A stretch of DNA of 64,000 nucleotides from Histomonas meleagridis 2922-C6/04-290x (taxonomy: Eukaryota; Protista; Parabasalia): contig JAANOX010000225.1 of the NCBI GenBank assembly GCA_020184695.1, positions 1-64,000 on the forward strand. Direction: 5' to 3'. The notes beneath the pieces were generated by a model. It did not search any database, was not told the DNA's origin, and saw nothing but the letters and a program-made list of their open reading frames with translations. Positions 33,001 to 42,361 of the stretch are shown here, one piece after another. The position numbers were made by a program, and so were the translations under genes. How positions within the stretch are numbered: the stretch's first letter is position 1; each line of letters begins with the position of its first letter.

Positions 33001-33312
33001 ACAGATAAAAGTGACGCTCAGAGTTCAACCAGGAAAAGTGACAGTGGAACGGATAAAAGTGACAATGAAAGCAAAACGTACAAAAGTGACACACAAAGCT
33101 CAACTGAAGATAGTGAAAATGAAAGCAGTTCCACAAAAAGTGATAGCGAAAGCAAAACAGAAAGAACCGAAAGTTATTCAAGAAGTGATACATCAAGCAA
33201 AAGCGAAGATGAGACAAGTGATAATAGTGCAAGTGATAGCGAACAATCGAATGAAGAAGAAACCAGCAGCAGTCGAAGTCGTGAATATTACACAAATAGC
33301 GACAGCACATAG
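30013..33312 (+). CDS. CARMIL-like PH + RNI-type LRR protein with a long acidic low-complexity tail
   Basis: PH-like N-terminus and LRRs (YWDLSNN, LKDLDISST, LLKLDISGN, LTELNIDG), then a basic stretch and an S/E/D/K-rich tail. First ATG is at 30013. Confidence 0.75.
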   Translation: MAEGFDYHLSPKEQEKVERIVPVNQSKIFLAFHADIILNEKKFKEGTCVLTTHLIILCKRTFIGNGLSEIKTFHILRLEKFAMIKENICKFIINNAKVTIISQAALRFARVLNRNYYVITTLFPPNKKVKFKTKNKSDFPPFDPHMSPSQKLQFCYNAYCSFYKCLYIHDIPRFFHSLIFSGNGIANLDQLPTYLIDLKFSSNLDLRPVFNSLIFYPLIYGICCYDVDRYDIVKSMSPLITYTKYLQLIDIHNCQVEVGINELAEALTKNPENKIVYWDLSNNPFKNITPFCKALSLATAPIFYLNLSTTQLTTESTIELFNSILNNKNLWGIKYLFIDGAIFSEESLLALSKLISTFAQEKIRSLHTLSIANIKGQIETVINVFNRWPQPISSFNVSNNELNQKAISELNKFVKGSESLKDLDISSTNLSSDDITDIINGISENQKITEMKLNLAKLELTGKKIRDVMNAFENSTLTKWTGISIESNDVQMEELGKFISVARRMTNLRSLSLGDNFTYKTKGIEEALLQILSLNSLRLLSIRGTEKRFLGDKLYRFLKAMKINTTLLKLDISGNKIKDTGMDLVCDVLRSNKMLTELNIDGSCPKNQKTLLKFFETLSSNTYIVECAFPYEDFSTLLSSISSNSQMQSFFDQFSKIQKSSQEAIQKNQMEVGAHSYLSEKKLPELDELIDNITINVHQKLENTKFNQHAAISSVFGLPLPHLDPSDDQTKGAIIDLKQPQSIDEYELKNTNVMVVEDISMLETPLGLKTLQYNSLCIRRSIHVEPKIDVNKLDPTEEEIYRNARKLGIPPILLQGNMNMSSLGIQSLAKSNDVEKNPKRKKRITKKVVSKKKKVVTRKKIRRKNNETNNVEQCEDSLAMSESDEEESEEESEEETSQNESNSLKVEETSEKEKSNSLEVEETSKEEKSNSLEVEERSNSLEVEETSEEERSNSLEVEETSKEERSNSLEVEETSETTKESRKSDSETNTTKSDDKTDKSDAQSSTRKSDSGTDKSDNESKTYKSDTQSSTEDSENESSSTKSDSESKTERTESYSRSDTSSKSEDETSDNSASDSEQSNEEETSSSRSREYYTNSDST
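32713..32940 (+). repeat. Coding tandem repeat: six copies of SNSL(E/K)VEE(TSxEEx), 42-nt unit with one 27-nt copy
   Basis: AGCAATAGCTTA starts at 32713, 32755, 32797, 32824, 32866 and 32908. Confidence 0.9.
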
Positions 33313-33843
33313 AGATATCGATTTTCTTTTGTGTTTTTGTCCATCTCCAACTCTAATAAACTACAGATTGTTACTGATTCTTTATGCTGTCTTCCAATTG
33401 ATTGCAATCATTTGAAGAATGTGACGAATTGGAATGAAAAATGTTATCGAGAAATTATTTAAGGAAAACTTCCATTTAAATGACACATGTGTCATGTTAC
33501 TTCTAATTTTAGGAGCAAAAACAAAAGTGTTTAGAAATTTGATATAGTGATATTCAATGTATCAAGTATATCAGTATAAAATATTGGAAAGTTTAAACAT
33601 AATTCGAGCCAAATAATATTAAATTCTTTCATTGACTTAAATAACTCTTATGACCATCTTTTGATTTTCATTTCTGTACTTACACTCTTTTCAAAACCAC
33701 GTTATTCCTGGGTTCGAAAGTGCCTAAACTTATGTGTTGATCATGTACATTGCAATTGGAGTTCAGCTAACAGTATTGTTAAACTTTGCAAAAATATGTG
33801 TAAACTTCATAATTTGATATTTGTGTTGGGGTGCCCTAAATTT

Positions 33844-34995
33844 ATGCTTTTGTTCGTTTCTTTGGTGTTTTCGGGGACAATTCCAATAGGGGCCACTCCA
33901 GAAACATGGCCAAAATATAAAAGACTAATTAACAAAGAAAAAAATACATTTCAATGTTTTGATCATTCAAAAATCATAAATTTAAGTCAAATAAACGATG
34001 GTATAGTTGATTGTCCAGATGGCTCAGACGAACCAGGAACTAATGCATATTCAATTGGTGAATTTTATTGCAAAAATGATGGATCAATACCAATGAAAAT
34101 TCCAAAGTCTTTATTAGGTAACGGATTTTGTGATTGTTGTGATGGATCAGATGAATTTTATAATCCGAAGTCAAATTGTTCAAATATTTGTGAATCAATT
34201 GAAAAGGAAAGAAAGGAATTATTATCAAATATATCATCCATTTATTCACAAGGAATTTCAATCCACAACGAGTTTATTGAAAAAGGAAAACTAATGGTCG
34301 AACAGAATGCAATTAAACAAAAAACAATTATTGATGAAATGGATAATTTATTAGAAGAAAAGAACAAGATCAAACCATTAAACCCAGCTGGTGAAGAAGA
34401 TGATATTTCGCTTTATAAGCGTATTTTTATATGGATATGGAAAATGACATTTCATGTACCAATAAATATTGATGATGAATTTTCATACAAAAGATACATT
34501 TATCCATTATATGATGAAAAGTCACTCCAAAAGGTTGATTCTATTAATGAAAAAATTGTTAAATTAGACAAAAAACTCCAGAAATACAAAGAAACACTCC
34601 AAGTCAAAGAAAAGGTCAAACCAGAGTTCCTAAAATTATACGGAAAATCTTATCAAACAGCTCATTACCAATTAGAATTCATGATCGAAATGATGTACAA
34701 TTGGGTAACGATAGGAACTTTCAAAGAAATTAGAAATAATTCAATGGTTTACGAAAACGGTTATTCATGCAACGACACACACTTAACAAACGCAGTGTTA
34801 GACATAAAATGTTGGAATGAATCAAGACTTTTGGATGTAGAGAAAATTACAGAATGTGAATTTAGGGGAACTTTCGTATCACCAATAGTTTGTGATAATA
34901 ATTCAATAAAATCATTGGAAAATTTATCACTCGAAGAATTGAAGGCTTTAGTCCCGCCTCCCGAAATCCCCATTTATCATTATTATGAGTATTAA
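33844..34995 (+). CDS. PRKCSH: Glucosidase II beta subunit-like (PRKCSH family)
   Basis: Signal peptide, INDGIVDCPDGSDEPGT and GNGFCDCCDGSDE, and a C-terminal MRH-type cysteine pattern. Confidence 0.85.
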   Translation: MLLFVSLVFSGTIPIGATPETWPKYKRLINKEKNTFQCFDHSKIINLSQINDGIVDCPDGSDEPGTNAYSIGEFYCKNDGSIPMKIPKSLLGNGFCDCCDGSDEFYNPKSNCSNICESIEKERKELLSNISSIYSQGISIHNEFIEKGKLMVEQNAIKQKTIIDEMDNLLEEKNKIKPLNPAGEEDDISLYKRIFIWIWKMTFHVPINIDDEFSYKRYIYPLYDEKSLQKVDSINEKIVKLDKKLQKYKETLQVKEKVKPEFLKLYGKSYQTAHYQLEFMIEMMYNWVTIGTFKEIRNNSMVYENGYSCNDTHLTNAVLDIKCWNESRLLDVEKITECEFRGTFVSPIVCDNNSIKSLENLSLEELKALVPPPEIPIYHYYEY

Positions 34996-35220
34996 ATTTT
35001 ATAATATTAAAATAAATATTGTATGCATATTAATTTTTTTTATGTTTAAATTGATTTTTGTTTCAATTGGATAAGAGAAAATTTAATATATCAAACTTGG
35101 GTTAAAAATTTTAATTAGTTATGAACTATTTTATTTCCTTGTAATTCTTCAATGAGAATTTGAATATTTTACATACTTTGCAATATCGAATAATCTAAAA
35201 AATCATCGCAAATTTTCGTG

Positions 35221-37067
35221 ATGAAACAAAACGAAAGAATAATGGGAGATTACAGTCAAAATGAATTAGAAACACTGTTGTTAATTGAGCAAATGTTTTC
35301 TGACTTGTGTAAAGAAAATATTAAGCAAAAAGCAAAATCAGTTATGGATAAGCTTGATAGTGATTATCCATTATCTTCTATCATGAATATTGTACAAATA
35401 GTTTATACTTTATTTGTTATTAGACAACTTGACTTTTCTGAATTTATCAATTTTCTTAAAGAAATTGAAATAATAGAAGAAAATAACAAATTCAATATTA
35501 ATAATATATTTAATATATTCTCACATTTTATTATCAAAGAATATACCCAAGAATCATATTATCTTATTGAAAATATGATTGAAGAAAAACTCCTTGAATC
35601 AAAACTTATTAAAAATATACAAAATTCATATTTTGCACATTATATGACTGAAAAACAAATTAAAGAAAAGCATTTTTTGAGATTTATGAAGAAAATCATT
35701 GAAAATTATGAAGAATTATCAAAGAATGATTGGGAACTTCATAAGAAGTTAATTAAAGAAGGAGTTAATCCGAATGAACTTGCGATAATAATTCGAAATG
35801 ATGATATAGAAAAACTTCAAGAAATATCATCACAAACAAAATTTGATTATAATCAAACAATTGAACCATCACTTTATGAAAGATGTGACTTTATTAATAA
35901 AGATAATGTTACATTAATTGATTATGCAGCATTTTTTGGGTCAATAAAATGTTTTAAATATTTACTTATGAATGAAGCAAATATCGAAGAAACAGGTAAA
36001 TATGCAGTTGCAGGTGGAAATGAAGAAATTATTCATTTATGTGAACAAAATCATTCAACATTTGAAGATGCATATGAAACAGCAATAGATTTTCATCGAA
36101 ATGATATCTTTAAATATCTTTATGAAAATAAAATTGTTGAAAACTATAATTTAGAAGAACTTGGAAAAAAATGTGTTTCACATTATAATTACAAAATTTT
36201 ATCTTTTTTAATTAAAGAAGGAATGAAAATTAATGTGAATATTATTGATGAATCGGCAAGAATTGGAAATATTTTCCTTATCAAATATTTTCATAAAGAC
36301 AATCAACTCCCATTAGATATTTTAATTTCTTCTTCAATATCAGGAAATATTGAACTTGTAAAATATATTCTTGATCAAAAAGATATTAACATAAATGCTA
36401 ATGATATTAATTTGTTTTATTTTATGTTTGTGCCAATAATTTAATGTTTTAAGATAATATTTGGAAATTATTCAAAAGATTTTGGACGGCACTTATGTAT
36501 GCTTCAAAATATGGATATAATGAAATAGCTAAATTACTTATTCAGCAAGAAGGAATTGATATTAATGCTCAAAATATTTATTTTTGTTAGTTATTGTTGA
36601 TTAAAATAATTTAATGTTTCAGAATAATTTTTGGAAATTATTTAAAAGATTTAGAAATTCACTTATGTTTGCATCTCAAAACGGCCATACAGAGATTACA
36701 AAGTTGCTTCTTGAACAAAATATAAATTATATCAATGTTAAAGATATTTTTTTATTTTGTTTTGTATTTGTTTTGATGATTTTATCCTGTTTCAAAGAAT
36801 TTTTTGGAATTTATTAAAAATATTTAATACAGCACTCATTTATGCAGCTGAAAATGGAAATACTGATATAGTTCGAATTATACTTTTGCAAAAAGGAATT
36901 GATATCAATATTAAAAACATTTATTTGTAAAAAATCGAGTTTATTTCATTATTTTTTGGTTTCAAAATTATTTTTGGAAATTATTAAAATTATTTTTTAC
37001 AGCACTTTATTATGCAACTAAAAATGACCACAATGAAATCGTGAATTTACTTCTTGGACAAAAATGA
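35221..37067 (+). CDS. DUF3447 + ankyrin-repeat gene B, split by four 68/71-nt module arrays (about 523 aa if the arrays are skipped)
   Basis: Coding blocks are 35221-36411, 36480-36581, 36650-36751, 36823-36924 (each of the last three 102 nt = one 34-aa ankyrin repeat) and 36993-37067. Its core is highly similar to gene A. Confidence 0.82.
36412..36479 (+). repeat. Array B1: 68 nt
   Basis: ATTT at 36419, 36439, 36459 and 36479. Blocks read FYVC, FNVL, FGNY. Confidence 0.85.
36582..36649 (+). repeat. Array B2: 68 nt
   Basis: Blocks read VIVD, FNVS, FGNY. A hairpin AATAATTT-TTGG-AAATTATT lies at 36623-36642. Confidence 0.85.
36752..36822 (+). repeat. Array B3: 71 nt (68 + one codon)
   Basis: Blocks read FCIC, FYPVS (15 nt), FGIY. 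Confidence 0.85.
36925..36992 (+). repeat. Array B4: 68 nt
   Basis: Blocks read NRVY, FLVS, FGNY. Confidence 0.85.
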
Positions 37068-37405
37068 ATTATTTGTTTTGTTTATTTTACAATCAATAAA
37101 GGTAAATTAACTTGTTAAAGAAAGAAAAACAACAACATGAAAAGGTTTAATAATTTTTCTTCTGTTTGATTTTAATTCGTTTTTGCATGAAATAATTGCT
37201 TAATACAAAATTGAATTTTTATATTTTTACATATTTAACCTTAGCAATTATTTTCAAAAAAATATAAATGATATTATTTATAAAAAATTGACTAAAATAT
37301 GTAAGATATGGCTGAATAATGTACAAAAATATTTGAATACCATATTTGGGGCACCCTGCAACGATTGCAATTGACAAACTTTGTTTGGTCCAACCTTACA
37401 CTCCG

Positions 37406-37750
37406 ATGTCTCACAGAACAGAGATTGACGGATTCTCTGGACACCAATTTCATCCAGGCCATGGTATTATCTATATCCGTGAAGATAAGCATATGATGGC
37501 ATTCGAATCTCGTAAAACATTCCGCATGTGGCAACGCAAGAGGAACCCAAGAAAGATCAGCTGGACTGAGCACTACCGCTTTGATCACAAGAAATCCAAC
37601 ACTGACCAAGTTGTAAAGAAGGGACGCGCTCAAAGATCAAAGAAGGTTACACGTGGATATGCTGGTGTTTCCGTTGACGCAAATGCCAAAGTTGCTACAA
37701 CAGCTGTTAAGAGGCGTGTTCAACAAGTCAAGAAAGGAGGAAAGAAGTAA
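37406..37750 (+). CDS. RPL24: 60S ribosomal protein eL24
   Basis: FSGHQFHPGHGIIYIRED...KRNPRKISWTEHYRFDHKK. Confidence 0.92.
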   Translation: MSHRTEIDGFSGHQFHPGHGIIYIREDKHMMAFESRKTFRMWQRKRNPRKISWTEHYRFDHKKSNTDQVVKKGRAQRSKKVTRGYAGVSVDANAKVATTAVKRRVQQVKKGGKK

Positions 37751-37906
37751 GTCAATAAAACTTACATTTTTAATACATTAATAATCATTAATTTTTCTTT
37801 TTTTATTTTGAAAGCCAGCAATTACGCATTTATTGGATTATCCTTTTTTTAACTAAAATTCAATAAAACATAACAGATGATTATAAACATTTATTAACAA
37901 ATTGTT

Positions 37907-39073
37907 TTAATTGAACGCAATTGGATAGAAAAAGAAGTAAATAACCAATATAAATGTAAAAATCAAAAACAATTTGGACCAAAATTTACACTTTGTCTCT
38001 AAAAAGAGAATTCCAGCAGAAATTATCATCACAAGTTTTGACAGAGAAACTTTTACCAACAAATCATTAACCAAACAAGAAAGTGGAAGAAAAAGTATTA
38101 AAATTGATATAATAAAATAAGGTACACATGATATATTTGATCTATCACAAATCAACAGGACAATCGAGAAAATTAGTAACAAATATAATGCAAAATTATG
38201 TGGATGTATTATTAATTCTGCGATAATGAGCTTTGGATCAGGTTTTACATATTCCCATTTTGGCATACCAAAAACAAAAAACACTGAGAAAAGAAGTGCT
38301 CCACAAAAAATTGTTAATATAAAAAGAACAAAAATTATTCCGAAAAATCGAAGGAATTTAATAAATGGATGAAGATTGGAATCTTTTGATAAAGCTTTTT
38401 CTAATTGGAGAAGTATTATAAGAAGTATTGGTAATGATTCAATTCGAAGAGAAAATGAAAATACTGCAAATGTCCAACTAATAAATGTATTAAATATCCA
38501 AAATGGTCGAAACAATGAAAGTTTGGAATTCTTTTCAATAAAAATGATTGATAAAACTATAAATATCATTTGAAGAGCAGATGAAGGAGTCTTAGATATG
38601 AGAGCTATGGTTGGTTCATCAAAAAGAAGTAGTGTTGAGAATAAAAATGCTGTTTTAGATTTTCCATTTTTGGATAAAAAAATGTATATAAGTGTTGATA
38701 ATATAGATAAGTGGAATACATGTATTAAGTTTAATTCTTTTAATGCTTTACAAATATAAATTTTTGGAAATTTAAAACAAATTGAATTAAAGATTGATGA
38801 AATTGGTTGTTCATACGTATAAGGAATAAAAACATAATTTGCTTGATAGAGGGATGTACCTTTAAAAATAAATAAAACAGTTTGAATTAATGAATAGCAT
38901 AAAAAGCTTCCAATTATATCCAGAAATGAAATTTGTTTTATCTGAATCACCTTTGACTTCTCTTTTTTGCATGGACTTTTTTCAGAAAGCGGTGTCACTT
39001 CCCTTGAACTATGAGAGGAAGATGTGTAGCCAGGTGTTGGGGATCTCATTGTAAACGTGCATACCTGATTCAA
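37907..39073 (-). CDS. Hypothetical multi-pass membrane protein
   Basis: A Ser/Pro-rich N-terminus followed by about 9 hydrophobic segments. Confidence 0.7.
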   Translation of the reverse strand: MNQVCTFTMRSPTPGYTSSSHSSREVTPLSEKSPCKKEKSKVIQIKQISFLDIIGSFLCYSLIQTVLFIFKGTSLYQANYVFIPYTYEQPISSIFNSICFKFPKIYICKALKELNLIHVFHLSILSTLIYIFLSKNGKSKTAFLFSTLLLFDEPTIALISKTPSSALQMIFIVLSIIFIEKNSKLSLFRPFWIFNTFISWTFAVFSFSLRIESLPILLIILLQLEKALSKDSNLHPFIKFLRFFGIIFVLFILTIFCGALLFSVFFVFGMPKWEYVKPDPKLIIAELIIHPHNFALYLLLIFSIVLLICDRSNISCVPYFIISILILFLPLSCLVNDLLVKVSLSKLVMIISAGILFLETKCKFWSKLFLIFTFILVIYFFFYPIAFN

Positions 39074-39521
39074 CCGTTAAATTTGGCGGCAAAATGAATC
39101 TTTTTTCTAATCGAATTTCATGAATTTTCAAAAAAAATCATCTTCACGTCTGGTTTTAGCTTTGCTTGCATTTAACAAATTTTGGCGAGAATATAAATTG
39201 AATTGAATTTTTTCAAATGAGATTCAAATTATCAAAATTTATGTGTTTATGGTAATTAGAAAACATTCAAGCAAATTATAACATTGTGAAGAATTGTCTT
39301 TAAGAATTTTAATTAAGATTTATGTGATTAATTTCAAGTTTTCATGGTCTTTCTTCAAACACCGGCAATTTTTATATCTATAAATATCTTACTTTGTTTT
39401 CATTAATTTTATATTTTTACAGTAAAACTTTTTTTAACATTATTTGTTATATTTTATATCCGAAATGAAAATTAAAATACTGAGTGTATTCTTGGGTGAA
39501 ACGATTTTTATTTTTGTTTGG

Positions 39522-41117
39522 ATGGAACCGAACACTTCAACCAAAATTGAAATGTTGATTTCTCCACTCAAAGAATCTGTTGGAGAGAAAGACCTGAAGG
39601 ATGCAATTGAAAATATCGTAAATTCACCTTTTCCAAATTTTAATTATTTCTGTCATATATATGAGTCGATTCCTTTCATGCAAAAACCAATTTTTGGACT
39701 TTCTCCTCCACACATTAATTATAATTTTCGCATTCCTGGGCGGATCAATTTTAATCGAAAAAAATCGGAAATTATCGAAGATCCTTATGTCAATACGATC
39801 AAGAATTTTATTGAAACTCCTGGAGTTCCTATTACTTATAAAGATATTTTGCAATTAAACAGAAAAGAATGTATTTTTACTGATGAGCAAAAGCAAATCA
39901 TTACTAATTTAAACGATTTCTCCTTAAACATAGAGCCACATAAATTATTTGCTGAAATTCATAATGAATTTACACAGGGCGTCATTAGCGAAGATGAACG
40001 TGATGGTTCTTACGTTAAAACAATATTTTCACCAGGATTTCCAATTTTCAGTGGCGCAACGCCACTTGAAATCCAAGTCACCAATAGAGAATGGGTTTGC
40101 TTTAACATCAACAATTGTGCAAGTGAGCCACGTAATTTTCCAGACTTTAATCACCTTTTAGATATCGAAGATGTAATTCATAAAACAGACGTTGAAATTG
40201 CAAGAAACAAAAATATATATCGTATGCTTTTATTTCATGGTCCAGATGTTCTGAACTCTACCTCTATGTTACTCGAAGAACTTGAGGCAATATATCCTAA
40301 AAAGAGCCACTTTATTCTCACTTTAATGAAGAAATTCCCACACGTCATCATTCCAAAAGTTCTCGATCGTCTTCGACAACGATACATGTCACTTTTTACA
40401 CAAAAAGTGTTCGATTTAAAGAAAGACTTTTTAAAAATTAATTCTTTAACTCCTTTAACTCGTACTGACCCAAAAGCAAATGTGCCAACATTTCAAAACG
40501 CGGTAGTTGATAATTTTAGCAACATTAAATATTCCAAAAATTTTTTACATTTGATTCCAATGTTTGTTGATACTGCAACATCAAAAATATCTCCTCTTTT
40601 TGAAATGGATGAACAACATGCCAAAGTCATGCAAAATATAATGAAAGATTTACGCTCTAAATATCCTATACAGAAGTCGATAAGTTTTGATTATGCAGTT
40701 GCACTTATATCAGCGATACAATTTGTTCATCATATTAAATTATTAAAATTAGTTAATCCACAGAACTCAAAAAGTATTATGATTACTAAAGAAATAGGAT
40801 TAACAAATCAAAAGACAAATGGAATGGAAAATATTGCAAATCTATTGGCTCAAATGGCCGGTAAAAAGACGAAAAGAAAAACAGTGATGACAATTGCAGG
40901 ATTTAGTTTTGATCTTGATTACAAAAGATCTTCGAAAGTGTTTGATTATGGTTTTGCGTTTTTGAGGGCTTTAGATAATTGTGTAATCGATGAGGAAGAA
41001 GAAGATGAAACAGCGCCATTTTTTGATTGTTCGATCGAACAAGGAAAAATTTCGATTTCCATGAAATCAGATCAAAGTTGCGATTTTGTTGTAGATTTTT
41101 CGAGTTATGGTAAATGA
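39522..41117 (+). CDS. Sin3-like corepressor (HDAC-interaction domain)
   Basis: GSY...FSGATPLEIQVTNREWVC...IEDVIHKTDVEIARN and KKFPHVIIPKVLDRLRQR follow the Sin3 HID pattern. Confidence 0.65.
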   Translation: MEPNTSTKIEMLISPLKESVGEKDLKDAIENIVNSPFPNFNYFCHIYESIPFMQKPIFGLSPPHINYNFRIPGRINFNRKKSEIIEDPYVNTIKNFIETPGVPITYKDILQLNRKECIFTDEQKQIITNLNDFSLNIEPHKLFAEIHNEFTQGVISEDERDGSYVKTIFSPGFPIFSGATPLEIQVTNREWVCFNINNCASEPRNFPDFNHLLDIEDVIHKTDVEIARNKNIYRMLLFHGPDVLNSTSMLLEELEAIYPKKSHFILTLMKKFPHVIIPKVLDRLRQRYMSLFTQKVFDLKKDFLKINSLTPLTRTDPKANVPTFQNAVVDNFSNIKYSKNFLHLIPMFVDTATSKISPLFEMDEQHAKVMQNIMKDLRSKYPIQKSISFDYAVALISAIQFVHHIKLLKLVNPQNSKSIMITKEIGLTNQKTNGMENIANLLAQMAGKKTKRKTVMTIAGFSFDLDYKRSSKVFDYGFAFLRALDNCVIDEEEEDETAPFFDCSIEQGKISISMKSDQSCDFVVDFSSYGK

Positions 41118-41159
41118 ATAAATGTTTGTTAGGAAAAAATTAGTGCAAAATTGTTTTGT

Positions 41160-41780
41160 TTAGTTATTCTTTTTTATGTACATTCTTTCGTATGCAATAA
41201 ATATGTTAAGAACGATTAGGATGCAAAAGAAGGTTCCAATGAGGGCTCTGTAAGACAATGGCTTCATGGATTTGACAATTTTGCCTCTTACGATTGAATA
41301 CTTATCCGAAAATTCAATGGCTTGCATCAAAACATCTGACTTAATTTCTTGATACTTCTTCATTGCTTTAATCTCTTCAAGAGTTTTGATGTTGTTTTCT
41401 TGAATCAATTGGTCTAATTCATCAATGAGATTATAAGCTACTTCTTCATCACTATCTGGAGCAATGCAGACACCCTTGAATTCCTTTGCACTGTCAATAC
41501 ATTGTTTCTTACCTTTACTACATATTGCATTGACTGGGCATTTAACGCAATCCGGATCAAAAACATCAGTATCGCAATAATAAACTGGATAAAGATATCC
41601 TAAAGCAACAATGAATGTGAATAATAAGACAATGATTTGTGTGAATAGTGAAAATACAATTTTCTTTAAGATAAATGTTTGTTTTGGTTTTGCCTTTTGT
41701 TCTTTTTTGGATGACATTGAAGGTGTTGGCTCTCTGGAAGTACTTGCTGATGAAGTTGAGCTAAAAATCGAGGAACTCAT
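41160..41780 (-). CDS. Two-TM protein with a Cys-rich lumenal domain, Man1/Src1 C-terminal (MSC)-like
   Basis: TM - DCVKCPVNAIC...C...GVCIAPDSDEE - TM. The likely start is MSSSIF at 41780. Confidence 0.5.
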   Translation of the reverse strand: MSSSIFSSTSSASTSREPTPSMSSKKEQKAKPKQTFILKKIVFSLFTQIIVLLFTFIVALGYLYPVYYCDTDVFDPDCVKCPVNAICSKGKKQCIDSAKEFKGVCIAPDSDEEVAYNLIDELDQLIQENNIKTLEEIKAMKKYQEIKSDVLMQAIEFSDKYSIVRGKIVKSMKPLSYRALIGTFFCILIVLNIFIAYERMYIKKNN

Positions 41781-42361
41781 CAAGCTTATTGATTGATTGA
41801 AATTTAACGTCTCCTTAGATAATTGGCGCGCTTTTTTATTTGAATTTAAACAATGTAAACTATAGAAAATACAAGGCTTCAAAAAAAGAAGGTGATCACT
41901 CAAAAGAATCCTTAGATTAACAAAAAACAAAAGGTTTTTAGGAAAGCAATAAGCCATTTGAAGCTTACAGATACAATAAACAAAAAATTTGATTATTTTA
42001 TGTTAATTAATAATTAATAATTAATATATTTGTCAAATATTAATTACTATTAACTTAACTTTCTCACCTTGGTTATAGCATGTAAGATATTCTAAGTTTG
42101 AAGAACCACAAATTTTTTTTCAAGATTACAAATTATTTGTGTTTAAATTGAATAAAAAGAATGTTGATCCCTCGCATATGAGTAAGCAAGCCTACTCAGA
42201 CAACGAAAGAGCCTTTATCCCTGAATTGTAACATCCGGCCAAACGAAAGGACGACATGACTCATTCAGGATATTGGCCATGCATTTGGGGCACCCCGAAT
42301 TATTTTTAAACAAGAAAAAAAGAAACATACTTTTGTTTTTACAAAGCATATAAATCTTTCA

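Noticed and set aside
32412-33415. Antisense and alternative-frame ORFs over the CARMIL tail (and similar ones over 60966-63750)
   Set aside because: They are shadows of low-complexity coding repeats.
36414-36478. Possible 65-nt GT-AG intron in B1 that restores the frame
   Set aside because: It works only for B1. B2 would be out of frame, B3 and B4 lack AG, and there is no branch motif.
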